DNA from: Lama guanicoe
Lineage: Eukaryota
NCBI GenBank assembly: GCA_013239625.1
Contig: MU056000.1
Span: 8,161,214-8,225,213 of the forward strand
Length of the DNA: 64,000 nucleotides
Direction of reading: 5' to 3'
Shown here: positions 1 to 14,237 of the stretch, one piece after another
Position numbering within the stretch: the first letter of the stretch is position 1
How the letters are laid out: each line of letters opens with the position of its first letter
Position numbers and translations under genes: made by a program
The notes under the pieces: model-generated
The model's database searches: none
Told to the model about the DNA's origin: nothing
What the model saw: only the letters and a program-made list of their open reading frames with translations

Positions 1-210
1 AGAAGAGACTGCTGGGGAACTGAAGCTGGGAGGCTGGGAATGGGGCAAAGGTAACAATTTATGTGCAATGGGGTCATGGACCAGGCAGGTAAGGAGGTGG
101 TGAGAGATGACTATTCCCGGCTAGATTATGTAAGTAAGATGGCAGGATTGGTAATTGGCTAGAATATGAGGTTTAAGAGAGAAAAAGAGTCAAGATTGAC
201 TCATATGCTT
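1..210 (-). mobile_element. L2 LINE fragment
   Basis: Purine-rich L2 antisense pattern (..ggattggtaattggctagaatatgagg..gagagaaaaagagtcaagattgactc). Confidence 0.65.
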
Positions 211-3200
211 TATTAACTAAAATTATAGGAATATTCAATCATGGGTTTGATGTAGGTGTTCATTCATCGTGACTATATTTACTATGAATTCCTAATAACA
301 TGAAAGAAGGAAGTCTTTCTTTAATTACCTTGACTACAGGTGGGGATCCCAAGATGATTTCTCCTTGTATGCTTTGCTTCCCCTCATTAAAAAGATATTT
401 CTCTCTTTTTCCTCCCAAAATATTTCCCTTAGACTTCATAATCATCTCAACAGATCTTTTTTGTCTTTTAGAGGATATATTTTTCTTAAATAATTATGTT
501 AAAAATTACTAAATACATTTCACATTTTCACATAATTACTGTTAACAATGTTGTTAGTCTGCATAATGCATACTTTTAATCCTATTCTATGAACTAAATT
601 TAATCTTCCCGTTAAGCTGTAAAATATTCTTAAAAAAAAAACTCTTTCACTATGTGTGCTCACTCAGAGTTTTTCTTGGAATAGTAGAAAATACTCCAAA
701 TCCCAGATTGTTCTTTTTTTTGCATTCTTTTCCCGTCTGCGTTGTTACTTTCACAAAGTAAATACAGTTAATGGGCTGTTCTCAATTAGTATGGATGGAT
801 ATGCATATTTTAGCAAATGGTAAAAATTTGAAACATAATCAATGTAGCAACTGTGCACCTGGACATTCTCACATGATCTGTGTCCCAATTTTCAAATGCA
901 AGGATTAAGCACACAGAAATGAGACAGCTTTCCTGTCACCTTTATTTTTGCCAAACTGACTCAAACGAAGATCACTTTTGACTATGTGGTTCCTGATCTG
1001 TAATTATTTCAGTAGCGGCTCCCAAAAAACTCAGAGCTATCACACAACATCTGTTTCTCCTTCCAGAATCATTCAGACTCTGAAAATATTAAAACCGATT
1101 AAAGTGATTAAATAAAATTTAGCAGGCTGGTCCAGTTGAGCCTCTTCAAAAATATTGGAGAGAAGATGACCAAACCCATCTGGCATTTGTTCATGTTTCT
1201 TGGAATTTCATTATTAAAATGTGGGTGCTGTGGTGGCATATGGTGGCTTCCTCACAGAATGTGGTCGAAGATAGCAGTCAACTTCAATGCACAAGTGCAG
1301 ATGGCCGTGTTTGAGTACACTTTCCCTAATGGCAGACTTTATGGAAACAGTTTAAGAGCACCACTAAAAATGAACTTGTGGAACATCTATTCTCTAATTT
1401 CAAAAGATAAAACAATTTTTAAAAAGAGACTGTCCTGTCCTACAGCCATTCACCTGGAAGGTAGCTCATTGGAAGAGAGACTATCACAGAGCTCCGGACC
1501 TTTTATCAGGATCCTGTATCCTGATGCTCGCCGTCAGTTCACTCAGGAGTTCCTTCAGGTCCACTGTCTTCGAAAAATAAATTGAAGAAAACTTGGCAAA
1601 TCAGACAGACTAGTTAATATCTTCCAAAATCTGCAATCCAATCATCACCAGATTATGACACAACACACTTAGAGGAAGGTCTACAGACCCAAATGCAAAA
1701 ATCACTAAGAACAATCAGAAAATTTCATCTCCTTTCTCTTCCTTTTCCAAAATGTTAAAATTATCAGCTACCGTCTTTCATTCTAATTTGAAAGCACTTT
1801 AAAAAATCATGCCTCTGACAACGACGGTTAAACAATTACTTGCTAAAGAGCATACCTACCCGTAGCTTCCCAAGCTCCTGACAAGATGACACTGCCAAGG
1901 CCCTTGTTGGTGGCGGTTCTGTGAGACCAGCAGTATGACAGTGACCGATGCCTTCTCATCCACCTGCTTTCCCCCATCAACCAACCAATTTCTTGTGACA
2001 GCCTCTTTTTTTTTCCCCCAGGAAATTATATTCCATGTGATAGGTTTCCACACACTGCAGCAGAAATGGTGCACAGATAGAGTGAACAATGAAAGAAAAC
2101 GGTGCTACAATCTTTCTGGGGTCTAGGAATCCTGAGCGTGGTCATGAAGTAAGGCTGGATATAGCAAGAGTACAAAGCAGACAAAAAGACCCCGCTGTCC
2201 AGACTCAACGATGGTATTACTCACAAGGGCACAGACTGAAGCCATCCAAAGAGCGCGGGCATAAGCTAATCCACAGGGCTGGTGCTCCGCCATCGCCTGT
2301 AGGAGGTCCGAACCATGGCCCCGATGCGCAGGAAGTGTCTGCGGATCCAGCAAGGGTATGGACTCCATCAAAGCGTGAGGAGAGGCTCTCCAGGCTTACC
2401 TGCTCCCACTCCAGACAGAAGGTCACTGAGATCATGCGATCGCCTCCTCCTTTACCTTGCACCTTCCTTTTCCTGCGTGGCTTCTACTTATCCTGGCTTT
2501 GTTTGGGACGGGCCAGCCTTGAGAAGCCTCTCTCTCTGTCTGCCTCACTGGGGCCAGTCTTAGGACACGCCCAGGGCTGAGGACAGTCCTGACGTGTGTG
2601 AGGGTTTCTGGGGGAAACGGCTGTTGTTTCAGCTCCTGTTCACAGAGTTGGACCAGTGTCTGACACTACCGACAGTACGTGGCTTGTAATACGTTCTGGC
2701 CTTTGCAATAGTATTTGGCTTGTTTTCTCTGTGTGTGTGTGTACAGAAATGAGTAAGTAGAATAAACAAATAAGTATGTTTTTACTAGATTTTTTTTAAT
2801 AACGTGATTGGGTTCCTGGGAGAATCTTTACTTACAGAGATGTTAAACGTATTTAAGCCGTAGTTTTTGGGAATTTAGCTCCACTGAATTCTGACCAATT
2901 TGTTGTCTTGTCCAACCAACATTCCATTTTTTTTCAGATATGCAGAAGCATTTAAAACTTTTAATAAGTACCTTTAAGCATCTAACACATACATGGTGCT
3001 TTTATGGGGCATAAAGACGAATAAGAAAAACTTCCTGCCTTTAAATTTAATTCATAAAAAGAACAGGATTAAAAGTACGTGTTAGCTCTTAGTGATTCCA
3101 TGCCCCTCTTCTTATTTTAACTAAAGTATTTGTAAATTTATTCTTTTATTAATTCCAATTTAGAGTTGAAAATGTCTCAGTGTAAAACGCCAAGGTGGAG

Positions 3201-3726
3201 TTGTTAATCTACACCAAGAAATGGCAAAGGCAACACAGGGAGAATGAAACGCAAGGCTCAGCGCCCAACAGGAGAAAACTGCACTGCTCTGGTGTCCCCC
3301 AGGTGCCAGGCATCCTACAGTCAGGGTGGTCCCCCACCCCTGCAGAGGAGGAAGTCAGAGCAACCCAACACGCAGTTAATCCTCTGAAATCAGAGTTTGT
3401 TGAGTATCAACCAGGTCTTCTGGCCAGTGGAGGTCAAGGCGAAAGGAAAAATGTAATTTCATATTTGTTAATCTACACCAAAAAATGGCAAAGGCAACAC
3501 AGGGAGAATGAAACGCAAGGCTCAGCACCCAACAGGAGAAAACTGCACTGCTCTGGTGTCCCCCGGGTGCCAGGCATCCTGCAGTCAGGGTGCCCCCCCC
3601 CCCCTGCAGAGGAGGAAGTCAGAGCAACCTAACACGCAGTTAATCCTCTGAAATCAGAGTTTGTTGAGTATCAACTAGGTCTTCTGGCCAGTGGAGGTCA
3701 AGGCGAAAGGAAAAATGTAATTTCAT
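3201..3726. repeat. Direct tandem duplication, 2 x ~262 bp (period 264)
   Basis: 3201-3462 and 3465-3726 both run ttgttaatctacacc..gaaaaatgtaatttcat, with roughly 8 differences by eye. Confidence 0.97.
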
Positions 3727-4039
3727 CATTGTGGGTCATAAAATAGATAGTCATTCAGATGAATATTAAATCCACTGATGACACTCTTGGTGTTAAAAAG
3801 GGGATTATGAGGGACGTTTCAATCAAAATTAACTCACTCAGGATTAAAAACTGGGGGAGAATGAAGCCATTTCCATGGTTCCATGGTGTAAACCACAGAA
3901 GAGATGACCTATCAAAAGAACAGCAAGATTGCAGATCACTGTCCAGACACAGGATCCACGCTGTCTGTCAGGTTGACCTGCTGTCCTGAAACGTCCAAGG
4001 GGCACACGGACAGCACCTGAGTCAGTCAAACGTTTCCAC

Positions 4040-4600
4040 AAAGCTTTCATTTTAGTGACGATATTTCTTCATTTCTAGAAATTCAATTTGATCCTTTCAA
4101 AAATTTTATTCTCTCTTATTTTATTGTTTCTTTCGGCTTGCTCTAGTCACTCAGATTCCTGGACTGCTCATCGTTTTGTTTGTTGAAACTGCTGACTCCT
4201 TCACGGTGATTCACGGGTCTCGTCACTGGCATTTTTAAGCTCTGAGCTCACCATTAGTGGAGTTCACTCTTCTCTCCTAAGGGATTCCCACACGAGCAGC
4301 TTTGGGGAAAGTCCGTGCAGGGAAGTGTCGTGTGGGCCTAAGCTGGGGTCCTCAGGGTTTCCAGACAAGGACTTCTGCAGTTTTTTCAGCACTGGTTTCT
4401 GAATGACACACACGCTGTGAATTCTGACCTTGCCCTCAAAGTCTGCTTTCTCAAAGGAGACGATGTTCCCCACCCCAAACCCAGAGAGGGCAAGCCTCTC
4501 TGTGGACCCCAGGGCAGAGGTTAGGACTTTCCACCTCTTCCCACAGCTGAGTTCTTTCGGTCTCCAGGCGTTGCACAAAGCCTCCATTCCAGCTCCTTCT
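4040..4600 (-). mobile_element. Old L1M/HAL1-like 5'/ORF1-region fragment
   Basis: T-rich antisense ORF1-like text (ttcatttctagaaattcaatttgatcctttc); highly decayed. Confidence 0.4.
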
Positions 4601-4639
4601 CATCCAGCCTAAAATCATGTCCTCCTCTCCGGGTGGATT

Positions 4640-5020
4640 TCCAAGTCTGTTTGGGCTGCTACAACAAAGCGCCACATACTGGATGGCTTATAAACAACAG
4701 AAACTTCTTTCTCATAGCTCTGGAGGCTAGAAGTCTGAGATCAGGGTGCCAGCATGGCTGGAGGCTGGTGAGGGCCCGCTTCCTGGCAGATGGCCACCTT
4801 TCTGCCGTGTCCCCATGTAGGAGAAGGGAGAGGGGTCTCTCTGGGGCCTCTTTCATAAGGGCACTAATCCTATTCATGAGGGCTCCACCCTCACCCTCAA
4901 GGGGCCTTTAGTCCCTGAAGGCCTCACTTCTAAATACCATCACCTTGGGGAATAGCTTTCAACATATGAATTTCCTGGGGTGGAGGCACTGGGGGGACAG
5001 AAACATTCAGTCTACGGTAG
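4640..5020 (-). mobile_element. MLT1A-type ERVL-MaLR solo LTR
   Basis: Resembles MLT1A consensus antisense: gggctgctacaacaaa..tctggaggctagaagtctgagatcagggtgccagcatgg..caacatatgaattt..aaacattcagtc. Confidence 0.9.
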
Positions 5021-5989
5021 TGGGCTTTTGGCATCTGTCCCCTTTCCTCTTGGGTTATGTCTGGATCTTAAACTCTAGGCGTTGAGTTTAAGCTGCATCT
5101 GCTTCAAGTTCTCCTTTTCTGGTACCTGATGTCCCTTTCTTTCCTCGGAGACAAGCTGTGTGTTGTATCTTCTGGTCATATGTACTGATGATTTCTAAGA
5201 GTTTCCGGAACCCAGGAAGAAGGCCAGCCAGCATCAGCTGGGTCAGCCACGTCACTGGAAGTCGGACAAATGGACTGAAGTAAGCCCACAGAACCAGGAC
5301 CCCCTTCGCTCACTATCAGCACAGACAGGGATGGGGCTGCCGCATGTATTGGAACAACAGGGCACTGAAACCTGGATGTGTCTTCAGAGAAGTCAGTCCG
5401 TCCACTGACACTGCCCGCTACAAACAGAAACGATCGTGCGGCTGACACAAGACAGCCTCCTAAGGACTGTGTGGTTAAGACCAGAAAACCCACAGCCGCA
5501 CGTTCAGGGCCAGCTGCTTGGAAAATGCTCTGCCTCTGTATCTTTCTACTCGTGACTTTCTCATCAGATTCTTTTTTTTCCCTTAGTGTCTTATATACTT
5601 AATTAAACTGTTTTCCTTTCTTTTGTAAACTTTCCCAACATTCCATTTTCAACTTGAAAACCCCTGCAGTGGACCATCCCCTGCTTTCACTACCTCACCC
5701 CATTTAACCAGGGATTAAGCACTATTCATTCCCCTGCTTTAGAGTCTTTCTTTCTGCCTCCTTTTCACTCTCATCGCTACTCCCCGGCCCAGGCACTCAG
5801 CCGTGTCTCCTCTGGCTTCTTAAATCCCCTCCCTGCTCCTTCTGCACATGAGCCTTCACAGGGCTCCTAAGATTTATATTTTTCAACTCCATCCTTCAGA
5901 GGCTCCCAAAGACCATCCAAGTATCCTCCAAATTGCTTAGTGCAGCATATAATAATTTTGTGTTACCCAACTCTGTGCTTGCCCCTGCT

Positions 5990-6580
5990 TATTTATTACA
6001 CTAGACTTTTGAGAATAGTTTTTGCTTTACAGAAAAATTGAGAAAATAGTACAGAGAGTCCCCACATACCCCGCATCCAGTTTTTTCCCTTATTATTAAC
6101 ATCTAATATTAGCATAGCCCATTTCTCACAATCATTAAACCAATATTGATACATTAGCAGTAACTAAAGTCCAAAGTTTATCCAAGTTTCCTTGGTTTTC
6201 CTCTAATGTCTTTTTTCTGTCCCAGGAACACATCCACCAGGATCCACACTGCACTTAGCTGTCGTGTCGCCTGGGCTCCTCTTGGCTGGGACAGTTTCTC
6301 AGACTTTTCTTTTTTTGGATGACCTTGGCAGTTTTGATGAGCGCTGGCCTGGTGCTTTGTAGAATGTCCATTATCAGGATTTATCTTACTGTTTTCTCAT
6401 GATAAGACTAAGATTGTAGGTTTGGGGGAGAAAGACCCCAGAAGGGAAGGGACCATTTCATCACATCAGAACAAGGGTCCACACCATGAGCCTGACTTAG
6501 GACTGCGGCGTTGATCTTCACCACTCGGCTAAGGTAGTGTTTGTTCGGGTTCTTCTTTTCAGGACTCCTGGTGTGTCCAT
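5990..6580 (-). mobile_element. L1MC-type 3' UTR fragment
   Basis: Diagnostic text ctcctcttggctgggacagtttctcagacttt..gatgaccttggcagttttg..gctaaggtagtgtttgt. Confidence 0.85.
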
Positions 6581-6839
6581 TCGTCACTTGCATCTTGGTC
6601 ACACATTAGTTCATGGCACACACATGGCCTTGTGCAAGGTCCTTCTTTTGTTCAATTTCGCTTTATTATTTTTTCCCTTTCATCTTCTACCCCCACACCC
6701 ATCCCTGCCACACTTGCCTCAATCTATCCTCTCTAACATATTAAATATATACCCATCTTATTTATCTTCTCTATTAGATAAAAGGTGGAATTTCTGCGTG
6801 TATAATCTTAAAAACACAGACATGTTATAATACACCTTT

Positions 6840-7870
6840 AAAGAAACTTTCTTCAAATAACATTATGTTTTGGGGAACCATCCAGTTCATTACTTCCAGC
6901 CACTTCCTAATGGTTCTCTGGGTACATCAACCACATTTTCCTTTATCCGTGACTCAAATGATGGAGACCAGAATACTTTCAGCTCCCGTGTCCACACCAA
7001 ATGCTTGACTTAATTCCTGGGATGAGCCTCTTCACGGTCCTGTGGGAGAAGGCCTCCCTTGTCGACACCCCGGGGGTGAAACGCTGGGTCCTGGCGCTAT
7101 CTGCACTCTGGCTCCAAAGGGTCTGCACCTGTTTAAAAGGCACGTGAGTGCCTCTTTGCCCACATCCTTGCCAGGATTTAATATTATTTGACTTTCAAGT
7201 ATCCCCCGTGTAGACGGGTATAAAGGAGCATATCCTTACTGCTCTCATTAGTATTTTTGACTATTAGTGTATTGATCAGGGTTCTCTCAACCCAGGGCCA
7301 GTCAAGTTGACACATAAAATGCTAGTAAGGTGTACCTTACTTTTACAAGTCTTAGCATCTGTTTTCCCCCTACGAATTGCCTACTCACCTCCTTTGTCCA
7401 TTTTTATTTTGCATTTTGTTTTTTCTGCCCTCCTAGTGGATATACAAAACTCCCTTGCATACTCTGGATGTGAGTCTTGCATCAGTTTTACATGCTGCAA
7501 TTACCCTGTGCCAGATCTCGCCTTTGTTCATGGTGTCCTTACTCGGAGTAGCGATCTTTTATTTTGTTGTAGTCAAATACATCCAATTCTCAACTTACAG
7601 TTTGGTCTTTGTGGATCTCGTTTAAGAAAGATTTATCTTCCTCATGTTATTCAATATACTATTCTAGATTATGAATTGACAGAATTTGATACTGAGATAA
7701 AACTAATTTTTCTCCAAATAGTGAGCCAGTTTTCAACATCGTGCACTAAACGTCACCTTTTAGCCTGTGACTTACGATGCCAAGATCACCAAATACAAAA
7801 TTCCCTTAAGTACCCAGATCTGCTATTGGATTCCAGTTTGTTTGCTGTTTATCCATTTTTCTGTTAACCC
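6840..7870 (-). mobile_element. Old L1M(E) ORF2/3' fragment
   Basis: Antisense L1 motifs (cccacatccttgccagg, ttttctccaaatagtgagccagtttt); accounts for ORF 7307-7867. Confidence 0.6.
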
Positions 7871-8089
7871 ATAAATATTCATCATTCTCAATGCCCCTAA
7901 TAAAACATATGATTATATAAGTTATAGTTAAATGAGCTTATGTTTTTCCCTTATCCTTATATCTATACTTTATTTGTCTTTCAAAATCCAACCTGTGGAT
8001 TCTTCTTAAACAGCCATTTCATTTAGTTGTTTAATTCACTGAATGTTCAAATCCCCTACCTCCCTTGTTAACTCTGAACCCCAAAAGAG

Positions 8090-8430
8090 CCCAAAACAGA
8101 GAGAAAAGGGTAAGGACTCTTATCTCAGACACCTGGGCTACTTCTTTGTCCCATTCTAGCTGCAGGACCACCGGCCAGTCACACAGGCTATTAGAGCCAT
8201 GGTTTCCTCTTCTTACGGGGCAAATAAACAATGGGACGAATGAACATTTCTCGCATGCCCTACTGCATAGCCCTAGGAAGTAGCAAAGATTGCCATCACT
8301 TTATGGACAGAAATTTGAAGTGTGTCCAAACGTGCACAGCTAATAAGTAACTGGTGGAGAAGAGGTTTGGACGCAGGATGCCTAAAGACAAAAAAGAGTG
8401 CTCTTAATTTTACACTCTGTTCCCTTATTT
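8090..8430. mobile_element. Two MIR fragments (+ then -)
   Basis: MIR core-like gagccatggtttcctcttct, then antisense ccatcactttatggacagaaatttgaag..ccaaacgtgcacagctaataagt. Confidence 0.55.
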
Positions 8431-8639
8431 GGGCCAGAGACAAGGTTACGTCTCTGAGGTGTCAACTTCAATGACCAGTAATTACTGTTTTCCCAGCTCC
8501 TGAACTCTGGGCTAGAGCAGACCCTCTCAGAACCTCAGCTTGCCCCCGTGGCTTTACGACAGTTAACACAGAAGGAACACTCCGATGGGAAACTGAAAAT
8601 TCATTGTCTTTATCTGAACAAAGGCATAAAAATTATAAT

Positions 8640-8870
8640 GGCTCCCAGGTACTAAGGGCTGACACCTTTTGCAGAGTCCTGGGCTAAGCACTTGGATTCT
8701 TTAGCTTATTTAATGCTCATCCTGTTCTGATGGTAGATACTTGTAACCCCAATAAGAGAGGTTTGGCTGAGCCAAAAAGCTTCCTCAAATTACACCACTA
8801 GTATGGGCAGATCTGGGCTTCAACCCAGAGTTCCCAGTCTCCAAATCCTTTAGTTTTAACTATTTGCTAC
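8640..8870 (-). mobile_element. MIR SINE
   Basis: ctgggctaagcactt..tatttaatgctca..cacactagt..gatctgggcttcaacccagag. Confidence 0.7.
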
Positions 8871-11800
8871 AAACTCTCTAATTTTAATGCATTTTCTAGC
8901 TGTTAATTTAGTTTTGTTTTCTTTTTATACCATTTTAATACATATTTTGTAGTATAAGAAATAAAATTAAACACATTTGAATGTTTCTCTACTGAAATAA
9001 AGTTTTTTCCATTTTTTTTCTTTTAACAAAGAGAAACAAGGACTGATTATACTCAGGGTTTATTGTTTCCTGCTGTCTTAAAGCACAGTTAGCGATATTG
9101 TCAATGTCTGTAAATAAATTCCAGGAAGAGAACATTGCTTTTGATGAAGGTATTTACTGACAGTAAGTGCTAAAGAAATCAGGAGCAGACTACTAATTAC
9201 TGTGTCCCTCTCAGTCTGACAGACACGTATTGACCATATCTTTTAAAAGCCCAGACAGTTGATTCTATAAGGACCAAAAACGAGTCCATTAAATATTGTG
9301 CCAAAATCATGCTGAGAAAAACTGATAGGGGAACTTCCTGTCATGATAAAGACTTCATTTCCAAGTAGGAGTTACCAATGACAAAGAGAATAAACCTAAC
9401 TGTCAGGAAGAAATAGGAATTAGATTTAATATAACATTAGTTCCCACAGTAAAGCCACAAGGCATTCAAATCTGGTACTATTTAAATATTAAAATCATTA
9501 AGGTGAATAAATCTATGTTTGGTTCCATTTTGTCCACAGTACGGGCTGGTGAAACCATTGGTCCTTCCTGCGACCATACGTGGAATGATTCAGTCTTCGT
9601 TTTCAGGAGCAAAATATTTTAACACCCAAAGCTATCCCAAAATCCTATTTAATTTTTTGTCTTTAAAATTAAGTACCAAAGAACAAAAGGTATCACTGTG
9701 TGAGGCTCTCCCCTTCCATGAGCACTTACTCATCCTGGGCTTTTTTAGGGTAGATTGCCATTTAATCTTGACAATTGTTGGAAACCATTGAACTTAACAG
9801 AACTCTTACCTAATGTGTGGATCCTCACTGTACAGCTGGTGGGATAACCAGTAATATCTTCCAGCCCAATTCTCTCACGATTTCCCATAGCTTTGTATAA
9901 AATGCTTGGTACCAGTATCATAGAGCTCTAATTATTCTAGCCTTTTTTTTCATAATTAAAAATAAATTTTGCCTCTTCTTGTGCTTTTCCTAAGTTTTTT
10001 AGCTTCATTCATTGCTTTTTTCCAGGTAAACTTTATATTAATTTTTATTTCCTATATTATGCCTCATCCCTAACAAATTATTTTTTAACTGGGATTGTAG
10101 TCAATCTATAAGTGTACTGGGGAAGAACACCTTTTAAATGTGCAGTATTTACATAAAGTCAATAGATTACACTTTTATCACTTCTATAAGTTTCTACATT
10201 TAGATTTCAAGTAGTTTTGGTTAAAATAACTTTCAAGAATGCTACGGTTTTGCAGCTGCTGAATTTGAGATCTTGTACTGTTAAATTTTCAAACAGGCTT
10301 TTACAGAAAGAACTGCTATTGATTTTTATATTACAGTATATTTTCTAATTTGTAAAGATGTACAGTGTGAAAGTGTTAGATTGACCAGCAATTATCTGAC
10401 ATCAAATTCAGTACGGAGAGCAAAATGGCTAAAACAGAAATGTTTCCCAGACTAAGATGAGCACCCTTTACTGATTAAATTTTAGCAGTGTCACCTGTTA
10501 ACGAAATTCAGTGTCGGGTCAAAAACCTTCAGCAGAAAATACAAAATAGATTGCCAGATCTCAAGAGCTAAAGTAACGGAATTCATTTTATAGCCAGAAC
10601 CTCGGAGTACAGGAATTGAGGAGAATAGGTGACAATCACATTCTCAAAGATTTTATGGCACACAACAGACACACGCCAATAGCAGGAGACAGGGAGGAGA
10701 GAAAATGCAAAATCAATAAGAAGCAACTGTGACTCGTAGCATCTTCTAGCCCACTCCTGGCATTGACTGTTCACATAGTTTATTGTAAGTAATAAGCTTT
10801 CTCTAGACCAAGCAATAAAGATATAATCAACACCTGGCACCCCACGGGCATCCACTCATTTGAGATGGGAATACTGGGTTGTGGATGGGGCAGCACTGAC
10901 CGTGGCTTTCCAGAGCAAGGGAGGGAGCCCAAGCAGGTTTATTCTCACTGTCACTGGGGAGAATTCACTGGTACACTCAGCAGCAGGAGCGGGAATGGCT
11001 CCGTCATCTCTCCCAGGGAAGATGTTCGTATCAGGGGACAGTTAAAAACCTCTCCTGATGCACAACAGAAAGGACACAGCAGGTATATGCACAGTCAAAA
11101 TGCTGCCAGAACACCACCTGTTGAGTCAGGAACTCAGGACTCAGCTAGGACAGTCATGAATAGCAGGACAAGGGCTGGGGTCAGGGTATCTAAGGAGAGT
11201 CTCTGTAAGATCCACAGCTGTTCCAACAAGGGTGCTGGGCCTGACCCTCAGGATGCAGTGGAGTCACAAGTTTGGCTGTATCCCTCATCCGTCTTATAAT
11301 GTTAAGTCTGCAAGAGCATGTGACCAAGTCTGGCTAGAATTAAAGGTCCCTTTCTTCTTTGGGAAGCAGAAAACACAAGAGCCTTAAGAAAAGCATCCGC
11401 ACTGTTTGGAGCCGAGAGCAAACAAACGAGGGAGCTATCTGTATATGACCATTTGGTTTCCATTACAATTTGTCTACAGAAAAATTGAATCTTTGTAACT
11501 GCAGATTTTTGCATTCTGGCCATGTGAAATTGGGGTAAAAAAAAAACCCAACATGATTTGTATGGTTAAGAGTTTGATTAATTATTTAGATAATTATCAT
11601 TCATATATGTAATAATTAAATTCACTATTAGCCCCTACTCTATGCATTGGGTAAGATAGTGAGTTCTCCTCCTGTCCCCTCAAAATAAGCAAGACTTATC
11701 AAAGATCTTCCAGTCTATCCAGAGGGAACACTTAAACATTGCAATACAAAAAAAAAAGGGGTTTATAACAGTGAAAATCAAGTTTCAGAAATGATACTAG

Positions 11801-11879
11801 GAGAGCCCAGAAGGAAGGGAGAACAAGATTTGTTCCCCTTTCCCTCCCTTCCCAGTGGTATCAGGCGGTCGGCATGCCC

Positions 11880-12149
11880 AGAGGAGCATGATGAAGTCAT
11901 GAGGGTGGCGCCCCCATGAATGGGATTACTGCCCTCATAAGAGTCACAAGACCATTTGCTTTCTCTCTCTGCTCTCTGCCACGTGTTGGCAGTCTGCAAC
12001 CCGAAAGAGCATTCTCAGCAGACTCAGACCATACTGGTACCTTGATCTCGGATTTCAGCTCCTAGAACTGTGAGCAGTAAGTTTATGTTGTTTTTAAGCC
12101 CCCCAGGCTGTGGCACTTTTACGAGAGCAGCCTTAACAGACCAAGACAG
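11880..12149 (+). mobile_element. MLT1A-type LTR, 5' truncated
   Basis: gatgaagtcatgagggtggcgcccccatgaatgggattactgccctcataag..cctagaactgtgag..gcagccttaacagaccaagaca. Confidence 0.88.
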
Positions 12150-13589
12150 AAGTTAATCAAGAAGTGAGAATCAACAATCTACCTTAGAGAAAGTAGTTTT
12201 TGATCTTGGCCTTGGACGCGCGGTAGCTTTCAAAAGACAGGTGGAGATGAGAGCTTCTTGGAGGGAAAGTCAGAAAGACGGCACCAAGACAGCAGAGGCC
12301 CTGCATGTGCCTACTCAAAGATCATGGCTTGGCTTGAAAAGTACCACTGCGAATCTGGATGGGAATTTTTTTTTTTATCATGAAAGTATCTCTGAAGACC
12401 AGGATAACGTAAATTCTGTCCTGATGTCGTATGTGTTCAAACTGAGCCCCTTAGAAGAGTCCCATTCGTTGAGCAAGTTACCTACGGTTGTTTCCCAGCT
12501 CTTGCTCTCATTATATTACAAAGTACCTTCCATGGTCCCCTCAAAGTGTCCGCAGCCCTTGTACGTGCCCCCCACTGGCTCTGTGTGCTAGCCCCACGCT
12601 TCTGGGGCATCTCCTTGTCCCCTGTTTGCATTTGCCCAGCAAAGCTGTGATGTGAGCATCAAAGCTGGGCTGCGTCCGCAGGGATAATTTTTTTAACCAG
12701 CATCAGACGTCTATGGAAAGTCTAAGGTAGAGGTTATAAATTAAGCAAGTCTCACATATTACCACCATTCTCTCTTCACACTGCGAACAAGACAATTTGA
12801 CCCACGAAGTTTATTTCACAAATACAGGCTGTGTGAGCCATCCTGGATATTGGCAGAAAGTGAGAGAATGTAGACTCGATGACAGTTTTTTGTTTTTCGG
12901 TTTTTTTTTTGTCCAGTAAGACCCAGGGTTAAATGACTTACCAAAGTTTACTCAAGAAGCCATGTTGCCAGAAATTAAATTTAGGATTCCAGATACTCAA
13001 GCAGCAGTGGATGGCTAATTCTTACTGCCTTCTCTCTACCCTAGAACCTAAAAGTGAACAACTAATGGCATAAAAATTCCCAGTACACTATTTTGAATCA
13101 GTTTGGGTCCAAGAGCATGTATTATCACGCCCAATTTGAGTGCGCAGAACACTTGGTTAGCTCTTGCTCTCAAGGAATTTAGGGAAGACAGTCACATATA
13201 CAGTGAATTCTAATCAGGACACAAGGAATGTCCAAACTTGGTGTGTTAAGATTCCCCAGTGCTAGCACAGTAAACTGAGAACCTGAGTATTGTAATACAT
13301 GCAGAGAGTCGACTGATCCAGGAAGGCAGAGGCTGAAACAATGAAACCTACTTTCCATATTTAAATGCAAGGTTGCTTCGAGCATCTTATGTCCTATATC
13401 CACACAAAGGAAAGATAACTTCCTGTTGCTAAACCTAGATGGACTCAAACCAGAGAATTTGGGAAACTAATTAACTTGGATTATCCACTTAAGGACTTGT
13501 AACTCTATCAATAGTTTTACATTATTAATGACTTTTCAGAATTTCAGGATGTCTTTAAATTCCCACCGGACTATTCTGTGCTCAGCTAT

Positions 13590-13825
13590 AATTGCCAATA
13601 AAAGTTATTACTTGGATGATTTTCTAGGTGCCAAAGTGCTACGTGAGTTACATGCACAGCTTCACTCAAACTTCTCAGTAATAATGAGAATAAGTAGTAT
13701 TACTCATGCTTTTCAGGTGAGGCAATGTGGGGACCAGATGGATAAGGAAATTTTCCAGTGATCCTATTGCCATATGAGGGCAAAACTGAACATAACCCCA
13801 GCTGATTCTGCACCACCTTCACATA
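13590..13825 (-). mobile_element. MIR SINE
   Basis: taggtgccaaagtgctacg..tattactcatgcttttcaggtgaggcaatgtggggaccag. Confidence 0.6.
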
Positions 13826-14237
13826 TTTAAAACTCCACACACCCACACATCCAATGGTCTTCCCTGTAACAGCTTCGCACAAGCTTCTTTTTCTGTAAAT
13901 AGTAACATCCATTCCCCGTCCAGTATGGGGACATGTCCAGGGGGCATTAGTTCTGGGTAACACTTGAGATAATACACTAAATTTACATGAATACTGTTAG
14001 AATTAAATTAGAGGATTGCCCCAAACACTTAAAAACTGCAAACTGTTATATAAATGTAAGGTTTTAGTACTCTTTATCATTAAAAATAGTAAAGAGTTGT
14101 GTAACACTGAAGTGACAGTTGTGTTACTAGAGATATTTCTGTGTTTTGTCTTCCTTCCATCTAAATTATAACAGTGTACAGAATGGAATGGGTCTTAGAT
14201 AACTTTGAATGACCTGAAATGAAACATTCCTCCCAAC

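Noticed and set aside
1136..1585. 149-aa ORF
   Set aside because: TTG start, no recognisable homology and no convincing splice boundaries.
3195..3632. 145-aa ORF with an internal repeat
   Set aside because: By-product of the in-frame 264-bp duplication; GTG start and no recognisable domain.
7307..7867. 186-aa hydrophobic ORF
   Set aside because: Antisense reading of an old L1; non-ATG start.
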